Source: Candidatus Brocadiaceae bacterium (GTDB lineage Bacteria; Planctomycetota; Brocadiia; SM23-32). From it: 51,069 bases of DNA. Position 1 is the first letter of the stretch. Every line of letters begins with the position of its first letter. Made by a program: the position numbers and the translations under genes. Positions 11,912 through 21,502 of this stretch are shown here, piece by piece. The stretch is taken from contig PUMJ01000001.1 in assembly GCA_003551305.1 (NCBI GenBank), positions 1-51,069 of the forward strand. Direction: 5' to 3'. The notes below the pieces were generated by a model that was not told the DNA's origin, did not search any database, and saw nothing but the letters and a program-made list of their open reading frames with translations.

Positions 11912-14221
11912 TTACGGAGAGATATCGTAGTCGGTTAGTTTGCGGCGCAGCGTATTGCGACTGATGCCGAGGGTCTCGGCCGTGCGGGTCTGCACACCAT
12001 CGTTGGCCGAGAGCGCTTCTTCGATCAACGTGCGCTCGATGGTGTTCATAACGCGATCGTAGAGGCCGCCGCCACCTCCTCTGCGACAGAGTTCCCGGGT
12101 GGCATGCTTCAGCAGGGTCTCCGGTGAACCCTCCAGGCGAGAGGGCCTGTCTTTCATGGCGGCCTTCCGTACCGGGGCGGAAAGCAGCTCGAGGGTCACC
12201 CCGCCGTCCTCACTCAGCACCATCGCGCGCTCGATACAGCTTTCGAGTTCGCGCACGTTGCCGGGCCAGTCATACTGCGCCATAGCGTCCAGCGCTTCGC
12301 GCGTGACGCGGGCCGGCTGTTTGCCGTATTTCCCGCCGTACTTCTCCAGGAAGTGCTCGACCAGGAACGGGATGTCCTCGCGGCGCTCGCGCAAGGGCGG
12401 GATGACGATGGGTATGACGTTGATCCGGTAATAGAGGTCTTCGCGGAAGACGCCCTGTCCGACCATCTCCTCCAGGTCCTGGTTGGTGGCGGCCACCACC
12501 CGCACGTCCACGCCGATGGTCTCCGTGCCGCCGACGCGCTCGAATTCCCGCTCCTGCAGCACCCTGAGCAGCTTTACCTGGAGGTGTGCGCTCATCGAGC
12601 CCACCTCATCCAGGAAGATGGTGCCGCCGTGGGCGAGTTCGAACCGACCCTTTCTACCGGCCACAGCACCGGTGAAGGCGCCCTCGACATGGCCGAAAAG
12701 CTCGCTTTCCAGCAGCCCTTCTGTGAGGGCCCCGCAGTTGACTTTCACAAACGGGCTCTCTGCCCGAGCGCTGTTGTAATGGAGAACACCCGCGATAAGC
12801 TCCTTGCCGGTGCCCGTCTCCCCCCGCAGCAGCACGGTGGCGTCGCTGCGGGCTACGGCCGCCGCGGTGGCCATTACGTTCCTCATGGCCTCGCCGGCTG
12901 CCACGATGTTACCGAATTTGTGGCGGGCGCCCAGATCCTCACGCAGGCGCAGGTTCTCCTGAAGCAGCTCCTCGCGCTCTATCATGACCGTCCGGTTTAT
13001 CTTGATGGCCTGTGAGACAAGAGAGGCGATGATGCCCAGGAGTCGGCGGTCCCGGGCCAGGGTCTGCTCATCGGCGAACTCGCGGTCCACGCTGATGGCG
13101 CCCACGACCTCGCCGTCAACCGCCAACGGCACGCAGACGAAAGAGACCGGCCCGCGCTGCTTGTCCTCGGTGCGTGCGCCGGTGCGGTTGAGGAACCGTT
13201 GGTCGCGGCTGATGTCCGCCACCGCCACAGGCCGTCCGGTGCTGACGACCTCGCCGGTCAGACCCTCTCCGGGCCGGTAACGTCCCCGGCGCCTTTCTTC
13301 CTCGCTCAGGCCGTGGGCGGCTGCGATGCGCAGCTCGCCGGTGGGCCGGTCCACAAGCACCAGGGTCCCGCGCTTCATCTGGAGTTCGCGAGCCAGGATG
13401 TTCATGGTCTGCTCGAAGACGGCCTCCAGATCGAGCGCCCCGCCGATGGCGGCGCTCATCTGGCTGAGGACCGTCACCTCGAGCTCCCCGCGGGACGCGG
13501 GCACAAACTTCACCTCCCCGTCTGTAAGGGCGAGTTCCCGGGGGATGCCTATGCTCTCAGAATGCCGCCCTTCCGCCTTCCGCAATGTGAAGGCAGGCCG
13601 ACCGTCGTGCACGCCCAGTTCGATGACCACCTGCGTCACGTGCCTCAGCCCGGCCAGAAAGGACTCGGAGTGGGCTTCTTTCTCCAGCACCCAGTAGGCG
13701 ACCGCCCCGAGGTCATGGAGCCGGGGGCAGATGTGCGTGAAAAAGCCGAGGGCCGCCTGCTCATCGCTCCAGAGTTCGGCCATGCCCGTCAGGCTGTCGA
13801 AGACGTAGCAGAAGGACGGCGCCTCGGTTTCGGCCTCTATCTGCTCGAGGGTCTGAGCCACGTCCTCGGGGCCAACCCCCGCCGGCATGCGGACGATGGA
13901 AGGTGCCTCCGGCCGGCCCCTTTCCGGTTCGGGGGACTCGGCGAAGACCCTGTCCCCCTGCCCTTTGCCAGTTGAGAAGCAGTCCACCAGGATGAGCCGG
14001 CCCTGCACTTTGTACCCGTACCTGCGCAGCACGGCATTCGGAGAGCGGTTGAAGCTGACGAAGACGACGGGGCCCTGCGCAACTTCTGCGTAGCTGCCCA
14101 GGAACACATCCATCGGCGCGCCGGAGTCCACCTCCCACACGACGCTGTCGCCCGCCTGCAGACCGCCCAGAATACGGTCCACATCCTCCAAACCTGTGCT
14201 CAGGCTCCGCTTATGCTTCAT
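11912..14221 (-). CDS. Sigma54-dependent activator: degenerate KaiC/RAD55-like domain + GAF + AAA+ + Fis-type HTH
   Basis: N-terminal 'STGLEDVDRILGGL...VFDSL' (RecA/KaiC-like), NifA-like GAF, 'GETGTGKE', 'ESELFGHVEGAFTGA', 'WPGNVREL' and HTH 'LGISRNTLRRKL'. Confidence 0.9.
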   Translation of the reverse strand: MKHKRSLSTGLEDVDRILGGLQAGDSVVWEVDSGAPMDVFLGSYAEVAQGPVVFVSFNRSPNAVLRRYGYKVQGRLILVDCFSTGKGQGDRVFAESPEPERGRPEAPSIVRMPAGVGPEDVAQTLEQIEAETEAPSFCYVFDSLTGMAELWSDEQAALGFFTHICPRLHDLGAVAYWVLEKEAHSESFLAGLRHVTQVVIELGVHDGRPAFTLRKAEGRHSESIGIPRELALTDGEVKFVPASRGELEVTVLSQMSAAIGGALDLEAVFEQTMNILARELQMKRGTLVLVDRPTGELRIAAAHGLSEEERRRGRYRPGEGLTGEVVSTGRPVAVADISRDQRFLNRTGARTEDKQRGPVSFVCVPLAVDGEVVGAISVDREFADEQTLARDRRLLGIIASLVSQAIKINRTVMIEREELLQENLRLREDLGARHKFGNIVAAGEAMRNVMATAAAVARSDATVLLRGETGTGKELIAGVLHYNSARAESPFVKVNCGALTEGLLESELFGHVEGAFTGAVAGRKGRFELAHGGTIFLDEVGSMSAHLQVKLLRVLQEREFERVGGTETIGVDVRVVAATNQDLEEMVGQGVFREDLYYRINVIPIVIPPLRERREDIPFLVEHFLEKYGGKYGKQPARVTREALDAMAQYDWPGNVRELESCIERAMVLSEDGGVTLELLSAPVRKAAMKDRPSRLEGSPETLLKHATRELCRRGGGGGLYDRVMNTIERTLIEEALSANDGVQTRTAETLGISRNTLRRKLTDYDISP

Positions 14222-14263
14222 CGCCCTCTTCCCGACGCAAGAATCACTATCCTATCTTAGTGC

Positions 14264-14311
14264 ATCTTACGGCATGCACAATGATTTGTCAGAGTGCGTC
14301 CGAAATGGGCA
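14264..14311 (-). promoter_or_regulatory. Sigma70 promoter of the activator with an adjacent TGC-N11-GCA box (possible autoregulation)
   Basis: Minus strand CTGACA-N17-TAAGAT (14264-14292). Box TGCCCATTTCGGACGCA (14295-14311) resembles the boxes at 11872-11906. Confidence 0.5.
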
Positions 14312-14349
14312 CCAGATGAGCAGGCGGGGCGGGACAACACGCCGGCGCG

Positions 14350-15774
14350 TCAGCGGGAGGATTCAAGGGCGTGTTTACCGATGCCCTGCTCGGCCATCAC
14401 GGGGTAGTCGCCTGCGAAGCAGGCGAGGCAGTAGCCGTCCCCGTCCCCCGCTACGGATTCCACCATGCCCTCGATGGTCTGGTAGCCGAGACTGTCCACA
14501 CCGAGGAAATCGCGGATATCCTCTACCGACTTCGAGGCCGCTATCAACTCGTCGGCGTGCTGAAAGTCAATGCCATAGTAGCAGGGATGGGTGATGGGCG
14601 GGGCGCTGATGCGCAGATGTATCTCGCGGGCGCCGGCGCGGCGCAGGTTGGCGATGCGCTCGCGACAGGTGGTGCCTCTGACGATAGAATCGTCCACGAC
14701 GACAAGCCGTTTGCCCCGGACCGCGTCGCGGATGACATTGAGCTTAATTTTGACGCTGCTGACCCGTTTTTCCTCGGCCGGCGTGATGAACGTACGCCCG
14801 ACGTAATGATTGCGCACGAAACCGATGTCAAACGGTATGCCGGATTCCCGGGCGTAACCGAGGGCCGCCGAGTTGCCGGAGTCCGGAATGGCGATGACGC
14901 TGTCCGCCTCCACGGGCCAGGTGCGGGCCAGGGCGGCGCCCAGCCGCAGCCGCACATTGTGGACGACTTCGCCGAAGACCACGCTGTCGGGACGCGCGAA
15001 GTAAAGATACTCGAAAACACACCGGGCGTGGCGCGGAGCGCGCCCCAAGCTGATCGAGCGGAGCCCCTCCGGACCGATCCGGATGATCTCGCCTGGTTCC
15101 ACCTCCCGCACAAGCTCCGCCTCCAGCAGGTCGAGCGCGCAGCTTTCGCTGGCCACGACGTAGCCGTCCGCCCTCCGCCCCAGCACCAGCGGTCGGAATC
15201 CGTAAGGGTCGCGCACCGCCGTCAACCTGTCGGCCTGCAGGATGATCAGCGCATAGGCCCCTTTCACCGCGTTGAGCGCATGCCGCAGCGGGTCTTGAGC
15301 GTTGGCGTGCTGAGGGTCAGCCAGCAGATGCACAAAAACTTCACTGTCGGTGGAAGTCTGGAAGATGGAGCCCCGTGCTTCGTAGGCTTGCCGGAGGCAA
15401 CGGGCGTTGGTGAGGTTACCGTTGTGGGCTACCGCCACGATGCCGCCGGAATATTCGATGACCAGGGGCTGTATGTTCTGCACCCGCCCCGAGCCGGTGG
15501 TTGAATAGCGGACGTGCCCGACTGCAACGTGACCGGGCAGGTCGTCGAGTTCAAACGGGCTGATAGCTTCCGACAGGAGGCCCAACCCCTTCTTGCTCTG
15601 GATGCTCCGGCCGTCGGAAGCCACGATGCCAGCCGACTCCTGGCCACGGTGTTGCAGGGCATAAAGGCCGAGATAAGCCAGGTCAGCGGCATTTGAACTG
15701 CCGTAGACTCCGACGATGCCGCACTCCTCGCGCGGGCCGGAGTCTGGCGCGCAATCAGCGTTCTGTCCGGTCAA
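14350..15774 (-). CDS. purF: Amidophosphoribosyltransferase (Fe-S, propeptide type)
   Basis: 'REE|CGIVG' Ntn nucleophile, 'LQHRGQESAG', 'GHVRYST', PRPP motif 'VVVDDSIVRGTT', and Fe-S cysteines (CVFEY, PCYYG, CLAC). Confidence 0.96.
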   Translation of the reverse strand: MTGQNADCAPDSGPREECGIVGVYGSSNAADLAYLGLYALQHRGQESAGIVASDGRSIQSKKGLGLLSEAISPFELDDLPGHVAVGHVRYSTTGSGRVQNIQPLVIEYSGGIVAVAHNGNLTNARCLRQAYEARGSIFQTSTDSEVFVHLLADPQHANAQDPLRHALNAVKGAYALIILQADRLTAVRDPYGFRPLVLGRRADGYVVASESCALDLLEAELVREVEPGEIIRIGPEGLRSISLGRAPRHARCVFEYLYFARPDSVVFGEVVHNVRLRLGAALARTWPVEADSVIAIPDSGNSAALGYARESGIPFDIGFVRNHYVGRTFITPAEEKRVSSVKIKLNVIRDAVRGKRLVVVDDSIVRGTTCRERIANLRRAGAREIHLRISAPPITHPCYYGIDFQHADELIAASKSVEDIRDFLGVDSLGYQTIEGMVESVAGDGDGYCLACFAGDYPVMAEQGIGKHALESSR

Positions 15775-15775
15775 C

Positions 15776-16594
15776 TCAAGAACCTCCCTGAGAGCAAAGA
15801 CGCCCGGTGTAGATAAAACGCGCGTCCCCGGTCAGGCGCACGTCAACAACCCGCCCGCTGGCCGAGCGGAAGTCAATGGACAGTTGCCCGCCCCGGACAT
15901 GCACCGTGATGGGAGGCGCCCCGGCGCCGCCACGCTCGTGGCCGGCCACAGCCGACGCAATCGCTCCCGTGCCGCAGGCCAGAGTCTCGGCCTCAACGCC
16001 GCGTTCGTAAGTGCGGATGCTGACCTGGCCGGGCGCGGTCACCTGGACGAAGTCCACGTTAGTGCCCCGGGGCTGGAAAAGCGGATTGTGGCGTATCTCC
16101 CGCCCAACCGGTTCGACTTCGGCGGACTCGACGTCGTCGGTGAAGATGATGGCATGAGGCACCCCCGCCTCGACCGGATGCAGGGTCCAGAGCCGCCCGC
16201 AGGCCTCCACTTCGACCTCCTGCCCCACCGGCTCGACGTCGCCCATGCCGATAGTGACATCCTGCCCGCTGACCGTGGCGGTGACGGGCCCGGCTATGGT
16301 CTCCATTGCCATGGAGGCGGGCGCAAGGCCGCGCTCGAAAACGAAACGAGCAGCGCAGCGCGCGCCGTTGCCGCACATCTCCGCCTCGCTGCCATCTGCA
16401 TTGATGATGCGCATGCGAAAATCGTGAAGCTCGGAGGGCTCGATCAGGAGAACCCCGTCCGCCCCAACGCCCACGCGGCGCGGGCAGTACCGGCGGGCAA
16501 AGCCGGGGCTGTCCGGCCCCACGGCCTCGTCCCGGTTGTCCACGACGATGAAGTCGTTGCCCGTGCCAGCCATTTTTGTGAACTCAAGGCCCAT
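15776..16594 (-). CDS. dapF: Diaminopimelate epimerase
   Basis: 'FTKMAGTGNDF', 'NADGSEAEMCGNGARC', 'ERGVEAETLACGTG'. Confidence 0.96.
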   Translation of the reverse strand: MGLEFTKMAGTGNDFIVVDNRDEAVGPDSPGFARRYCPRRVGVGADGVLLIEPSELHDFRMRIINADGSEAEMCGNGARCAARFVFERGLAPASMAMETIAGPVTATVSGQDVTIGMGDVEPVGQEVEVEACGRLWTLHPVEAGVPHAIIFTDDVESAEVEPVGREIRHNPLFQPRGTNVDFVQVTAPGQVSIRTYERGVEAETLACGTGAIASAVAGHERGGAGAPPITVHVRGGQLSIDFRSASGRVVDVRLTGDARFIYTGRLCSQGGS

Positions 16595-16729
16595 ATGTCG
16601 CTCCCGCCGCTAGGTCCGAGGATATAGCGTACCCTTCCGGTGGGCTTTCGTCAAACAGCCGCCCCCGCCCCGACGAGGCACAAAGAGCCGGCCTGGCCAG
16701 CGGACGCAATGACGAAAGCACTGTGCAAG

Positions 16730-17977
16730 TTACACCCAGCCGCGCAGTTGCATTGCCTCCGCCACGTGTCTTACGGCCACAGCGTAGGCGGCCTCGCGCA
16801 TATTGACGTCGAGCCGCTGCGCCGTCTCCAACACGGCGTGGTAGGCGGTGGTCATCTTCGCGTCCAGTCGCTGGTGCACCTCCTCTTCGTCCCAGTAGAA
16901 CATGTAGAGGTTCTGCACCATCTCGAAGTATGAGACGGTCACGCCACCGGCGTTACAAAGGAAGTCCGGCAACACGTGCACGCCGTTTCGGTGGAGGATT
17001 GAGTCGGCCTCTGGTGAGGTAGGTCCGTTGGCCAGTTCAGCCACGATTGACGCCCTGACATCCCCGGCGTTCTCGCCCGTGAGGACGTTTTCGAGGGCGG
17101 CCGGAATCAGGATGTCCACCTCCAGGCCGAGCAGCTCCGCGTTGGAGATGGGCTCCGTGCCGGGGAGACCGGCCACGGACCCGGTCTCGGCCTTGTGCGC
17201 GGCGACGTGCTCGGGATCGAGCCCCTCCTCGGCCAGGATTCCTCCCCGGCTGTCGCTGACGGCCACGACTTTGCAGCCGAAAAGCGTGTGACCGAGGTGT
17301 GCCGCGTAGTAGCCGGCGTTTCCGTATCCCTGCACGGCCACCCTGGCGCCGGCCAGGTCTGTGCCGCATTCCTTGGCGGCTTCGCGTATGACGTACCACC
17401 CCCCGCGCGCGGTGGCGTCGCCCCGACCGGCGGAACCGCCGAGCGCCGGTGGCTTGCCGGTGATGACTCCGAACTGGTTGGCCCCCTCCAGCCTGGAGTA
17501 CTCATCCATCATCCAGGCCATGATCTGAGGATTGGTGTAGACATCGGGGGCGGGGACGTCCCGGTCCGGTCCTATGAGGCGGCCGAGGGCCCGGACGTAA
17601 GCCCGGCTGACCCGCTCCAGCTCCCCCTGCGACATCTCCTTCGGGTTGCACACGATGCCGCCCTTGCCGCCGCCGAGGGGGATGTCCATCAGGGCGCATT
17701 TCCACGTCATCCAGGCCGCCAGGGCGCGCACTGTGTCTATATTCTCTTCCGGGTGGAATCTGAGGCCGCCCTTCGTGGGGCCTCTGGCGTCATTATACTG
17801 CACCCGGAAGCCCTGGAAGACCCTGGTGCTGCCGTCGTCCATGCGGACGGGCAGCGAGACCCAGACCTCGCGCATAGGCCGGCGCAGCATGTCATGGACG
17901 CCGGCATCCAGTTTCAGTATCTCCGCGCAGCGGTCAACCTGCTGCTGCACAACGGCGAACGGGTTAAATTCTGCCAT
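16730..17977 (-). CDS. gdhA: Glutamate dehydrogenase (Glu/Leu/Phe/Val family)
   Basis: '[11 protein letters not shown]', 'MTWKCA', 'GGGKGG', 'DVPAPD', '[11 protein letters not shown]'. Confidence 0.93.
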   Translation of the reverse strand: MAEFNPFAVVQQQVDRCAEILKLDAGVHDMLRRPMREVWVSLPVRMDDGSTRVFQGFRVQYNDARGPTKGGLRFHPEENIDTVRALAAWMTWKCALMDIPLGGGKGGIVCNPKEMSQGELERVSRAYVRALGRLIGPDRDVPAPDVYTNPQIMAWMMDEYSRLEGANQFGVITGKPPALGGSAGRGDATARGGWYVIREAAKECGTDLAGARVAVQGYGNAGYYAAHLGHTLFGCKVVAVSDSRGGILAEEGLDPEHVAAHKAETGSVAGLPGTEPISNAELLGLEVDILIPAALENVLTGENAGDVRASIVAELANGPTSPEADSILHRNGVHVLPDFLCNAGGVTVSYFEMVQNLYMFYWDEEEVHQRLDAKMTTAYHAVLETAQRLDVNMREAAYAVAVRHVAEAMQLRGWV

Positions 17978-18095
17978 ATTCCAGACTCCGTGCGTGAGTT
18001 CCGCATTACAGTAACCCCTTCCGGCGCGGACGCGGTGAGAAGCGGCATAAGACTGGCGAGGTTACGATACCACGGGCCGTTGAATGAGAAAGGGA

Positions 18096-18124
18096 AATTT
18101 AGCATTTATCGGCCGCCGGCACAA
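18096..18124 (-). promoter_or_regulatory. Candidate sigma70 promoter of gdhA
   Basis: Minus strand TTGTGC-N17-TAAATT with an extended TG. Confidence 0.45.
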
Positions 18125-18245
18125 GCAAAAGGGGCATCCGTCCTCCGGATAGAGGTCGCCCGAAAGAACTCCCCGATTGCTATTCCCCCGGCGCATCGGT
18201 GGGACGAGGATGGCCATGTATGTGCTGTGCAAACAGTCCCACACC

Positions 18246-18752
18246 TCAGGGGCCGACCCAGCTCACCGTCAGGATTTGGATGGCTGAGTAAGTGCCAGCA
18301 TCCGGGAAAGGCCCATCCAGCAGGGAGGCCCGGACATGGAGGGTGATCTCTACCTCGTCGTCGCCCGGAACGTGCGTTATCCTGACAGGCGGCACCAGGA
18401 AGGAGTCGTGTGGGGCCCATGCTGTGCCGCCGGCGCCGCTGGAGCCGGTGCCCTCCCCGTCGAAGCCCAAGCGATATTCCGTTCGAAGAACGCCGCCTGG
18501 ACCGGCCAGTTGGGCCGCCGCACTGGTGTCCGCTGAGATCTCCGCATCCCCGGTGAGGATCAGGCGGGCGTTGGAATTGCCACGGGAAGTTTCGTCCGTC
18601 CCCGTCAGGGGTGCGAGTGTGACGGGAGAAAAGCCGGAGTCCCAGTACATCGTCTGCGCAAAGAGCGGCCAGGGCGTCAACAGGCCGGCCAGCACCGCCC
18701 CCGCAACGAGAAAACAGCGCATCCACACCGTCCCCCTGCCGCGACCGTTCAC
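18246..18752 (-). CDS. Secreted pilin-like protein, minor paralog lacking the N-terminal extension
   Basis: Signal peptide ending 'LFA|Q'. Aligns by eye with 21503-22039 (PGG.L.TEY.L..DG.G, THV.GD..V..TL.VRAS, DAGTY.A.Q.LT.SW). GTGA overlap with the secretin stop; alternative ATG at 18722. Confidence 0.75.
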   Translation of the reverse strand: MNGRGRGTVWMRCFLVAGAVLAGLLTPWPLFAQTMYWDSGFSPVTLAPLTGTDETSRGNSNARLILTGDAEISADTSAAAQLAGPGGVLRTEYRLGFDGEGTGSSGAGGTAWAPHDSFLVPPVRITHVPGDDEVEITLHVRASLLDGPFPDAGTYSAIQILTVSWVGP

Positions 18753-20182
18753 TGGTCCGCCTCCGGCGCCAAGGGAGCCGCCCTCGAGAACCAGTCTTCG
18801 AGTTCCTCCGGCTCGCCCCCCGGCCCGTGGGCGGCCTCCTTCATGGCCTCGAGTTCGCCGGGAACGTCCAGCATGGTGTGTCGGTCGGACAACGGCGACT
18901 CCCCCTCCTGCATCAGACGGGGGGTGATGAAGATGACGACCTCTTTCTGCACTTCCTCCCGGGAGGTCGAACGGAAAAGAGCGCCCAGCACCGGGATGGC
19001 GCCGAGGATGGGCACGCGCCGGACCTTGTCCCGCTCATGAGTTTCCACCAGCCCGCCGATCACAATGGCGTCTCCTTCCCGGACGCGCACGCGCGTCTTC
19101 GTTTTTCGGCGCTGTATGATGGGCAGGTCGCCCATCTGCTCTCCCCCGTCAGTGCGGTTGAGGTTGCTGGGCTCGCGCGCGACGTCGCTCACCTCGGTCG
19201 TGACGTTGACCGTTATGTCGCCGTCCCTGCCGATGTGGGGGGTCATCTCGAGCAGGACGCCGGATTTGACGACCTGCAGGTCTGTGCGAAGAAACGGCCC
19301 GTTGATATCAGTAACTATAGTGAAATACTGCTCGCGGGTGATGTCAATGACGGCGGTTTCACCGTTGAGCGTAGCGACGCGCGGGCGTGAGCGTATGCCG
19401 GCCACGCCCTTTTCGACCAGCATCCGGAGTGTGAGCAGCAGGGTGCGAAACTCTCGTTCGTCCACGCTGGCATATCGCGCCAGGCCGACAAAGTTCTGGG
19501 CCTGCTCCACGATGCTGAAGACCGTGTCGGGCCCGGTGCGCGTCCAGTCAATGCCCAGCTCCCGGCCGGCGTCGCGGGTCAGTTCGACCACCAGAGCCTC
19601 CAGAACCACCTGGGGGCGCGGAACGTCCAACTGCCCTACAATGTCGAGCACCTGCTCCAGGCGGTCTTGGGGGGCGTATACGAGCACCTCCGTGCTGCGT
19701 CGACCGCTGCTTACGTAAGGCACAAGCTCACGGGGCAGGGAGTTTTGCAGGTGCTGGGCCGTGACGTAGCTGAGGTACACGCGGCGGCTCTGCGCCAGCC
19801 GGGGAAAACTGGGCGAGTCCGGACGGCCGCTGCCGATCAGATAAAGGCCGCTCGACAACTCCCGCACCGAGAGAGCCTGAGCGGCGGTCACCTTCGCGAG
19901 CACATCCTCCAGGGAAGCGTCCTGCGCCTCCAGCGATATGAGCGTATCCTCGACTGCCGGGTCAACCACCACGGCCACGCCCACCTGCATGGCGATGTCG
20001 CGCACAACCTGCCGCAGCGGCACGTCCACCCAGACGTTGTCTATCAGTCCCGCGGGCGGCTGTCCGCCGGCCGCCATCGAGATGGGGCTGACGAGCATGA
20101 GCACCAGAGTGAGAAGGACAAGTGCCCCGATTCGCGCTGACCTCGACTGACGGGGGCCGCTCTTTGGCACGTCCGCATTCAT
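18749..20182 (-). CDS. Secretin (outer-membrane channel, T2SS/T4P secretin family)
   Basis: Signal peptide, N-domains, and secretin-domain motifs 'QVVLEALVVEL', 'PRVATLNGETAVI', 'GVLLEMTPHI', 'IVIGGL', 'VPILGAIPVLGALFRS', 'VIFITPRL'. Confidence 0.93.
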   Translation of the reverse strand: MNADVPKSGPRQSRSARIGALVLLTLVLMLVSPISMAAGGQPPAGLIDNVWVDVPLRQVVRDIAMQVGVAVVVDPAVEDTLISLEAQDASLEDVLAKVTAAQALSVRELSSGLYLIGSGRPDSPSFPRLAQSRRVYLSYVTAQHLQNSLPRELVPYVSSGRRSTEVLVYAPQDRLEQVLDIVGQLDVPRPQVVLEALVVELTRDAGRELGIDWTRTGPDTVFSIVEQAQNFVGLARYASVDEREFRTLLLTLRMLVEKGVAGIRSRPRVATLNGETAVIDITREQYFTIVTDINGPFLRTDLQVVKSGVLLEMTPHIGRDGDITVNVTTEVSDVAREPSNLNRTDGGEQMGDLPIIQRRKTKTRVRVREGDAIVIGGLVETHERDKVRRVPILGAIPVLGALFRSTSREEVQKEVVIFITPRLMQEGESPLSDRHTMLDVPGELEAMKEAAHGPGGEPEELEDWFSRAAPLAPEADQ

Positions 20183-20186
20183 GAAT

Positions 20187-21473
20187 TCACTCCGACACTT
20201 GGAACACGATCCTCACTGTCCGAGACTCGTCTGCAGTGTCCGGCCCCACGGCAGCGGACTCGGCGCTCACCCGGATGACGGCCTCATATTCACCCGGGCT
20301 CGCCCGCGGTGGCACGGCCAGCCGGGCGGACACAGCCCGATGCATTCCGGGCGCCAGGGTGAAGCTCTCGGGCGAGACGGCAAGCCAATCCGCCGCCATC
20401 GCGTCAGGCTGCACCCGGATGCGCATCCTCATTGTCGAACCGGACTCGTTGCTCGTGCCGATGCTGAAAGAGGTGAAGCGACCAGGGTTGAGTCTCATCT
20501 CCACGAGTTCCGGCTTGACGCGCAGGCCGGTCGGTCCTTCCCGTGCGCTCACTTGTTTCCATTCGGCAGCCAGTTTTTCATCTACCGAGAACCGGCTCTG
20601 GGCAAAAGCACGCCGCCCCTCCATGCCCTCAGGCGCCACTGCGAAACGCACAACGTAATCGCCGGGTGGTACGGGTTCGGCGAGAACGCCCTCGAAAATG
20701 CGGCTGTCGCCGGGCAGCACGCGCCGGCGACGCGAATGCAATGGCACCGTTGCCGCCTGGCGGCGCCCGTCAAGGTAGAGGGTCGCCGTCGCATCGCCGG
20801 TGAAGCTGACCAGCCCGTCGTTAAGAACTTCCAGCGCCAGCCGCAGACCGGCTGGCGGGCTGGCGGCTTCCCCTCCGGCTGCGGCATCGAACCGGGGCAG
20901 TTCTACCTGCACCGAGGTGACCTGCGGCCGGGCCAGCCGGGTGTGGCGGGTCACACGCACGAACACCGCCGAAGCGGTTCGCAAAACGACCTGCACCCCG
21001 CCGGCCTGGCGGGGGCCGTCCAGCGTGACCATCACGGCTGCCCAGTAGTCGCCGTCCGCCTCCAGCGGGGGCGAGACGGTTCCCCGCATCGTCCGCTTCT
21101 CTCCCGGCCGGAGACTGACCTCCTCAGCCTCGAGCTGGAGCCAGGGGGTCGCCGAACGCTCGTGCCCCCGCTGCTCGCCAAAGGCAAGCCCCCCTTCCCG
21201 GCAAACGGCGAAGTCTGTGGCTGCTATTCGAACGCGCGCCGTCTGAGTTCGCGTGCCACGCTGCACGTTGTTCAAGGTCAGCTCAAACTCAGCAGTCTGC
21301 CCCGGCCGGACGGTAACCTGCTGCTGCAACGGCGAAACCGCAACACCCGCGAAAGCCGGCCAGGGCGTGACAAAAACCAGCAGAACGAGCGCCAGCAAGG
21401 GCCACGCCGTCGAACCCGCAAGCCTTCGACTGCGGCTGCACCGCGAGCGGATCATGTGTGCGGGGCTCAACAT
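20187..21473 (-). CDS. Exported Ig-like chaperone-type protein (PapD-like/DUF916-like), about three domains
   Basis: Signal peptide 'PAFA|G' followed by 'VAVSP..V.V.PGQ...LTLNN', 'WL......L.PGE', 'GDYWAAVMV', 'N.G', 'VLPG', 'PPGDY'. These patterns are typical of pilus-chaperone-like proteins. Confidence 0.7.
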   Translation of the reverse strand: MLSPAHMIRSRCSRSRRLAGSTAWPLLALVLLVFVTPWPAFAGVAVSPLQQQVTVRPGQTAEFELTLNNVQRGTRTQTARVRIAATDFAVCREGGLAFGEQRGHERSATPWLQLEAEEVSLRPGEKRTMRGTVSPPLEADGDYWAAVMVTLDGPRQAGGVQVVLRTASAVFVRVTRHTRLARPQVTSVQVELPRFDAAAGGEAASPPAGLRLALEVLNDGLVSFTGDATATLYLDGRRQAATVPLHSRRRRVLPGDSRIFEGVLAEPVPPGDYVVRFAVAPEGMEGRRAFAQSRFSVDEKLAAEWKQVSAREGPTGLRVKPELVEMRLNPGRFTSFSIGTSNESGSTMRMRIRVQPDAMAADWLAVSPESFTLAPGMHRAVSARLAVPPRASPGEYEAVIRVSAESAAVGPDTADESRTVRIVFQVSE

Positions 21474-21502
21474 TTGCGGACCCTCCCTTCGTGGCCAACA
21501 GG

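Noticed and set aside
11912-14221. Calling the activator nifA or inferring nitrogen fixation
   Set aside because: No nif genes are in the window, the HTH is NtrC/Fis-like, and the upstream boxes are TGC-N11-GCA rather than TGT-N10-ACA.
18749-20182. Secretin as part of a T2SS, T4P, Tad, T3SS or filamentous prophage at this locus
   Set aside because: No ATPase, platform, type IV pilin, prepilin peptidase, Zot-like or replication gene is nearby. A role in trans cannot be excluded from this window alone.
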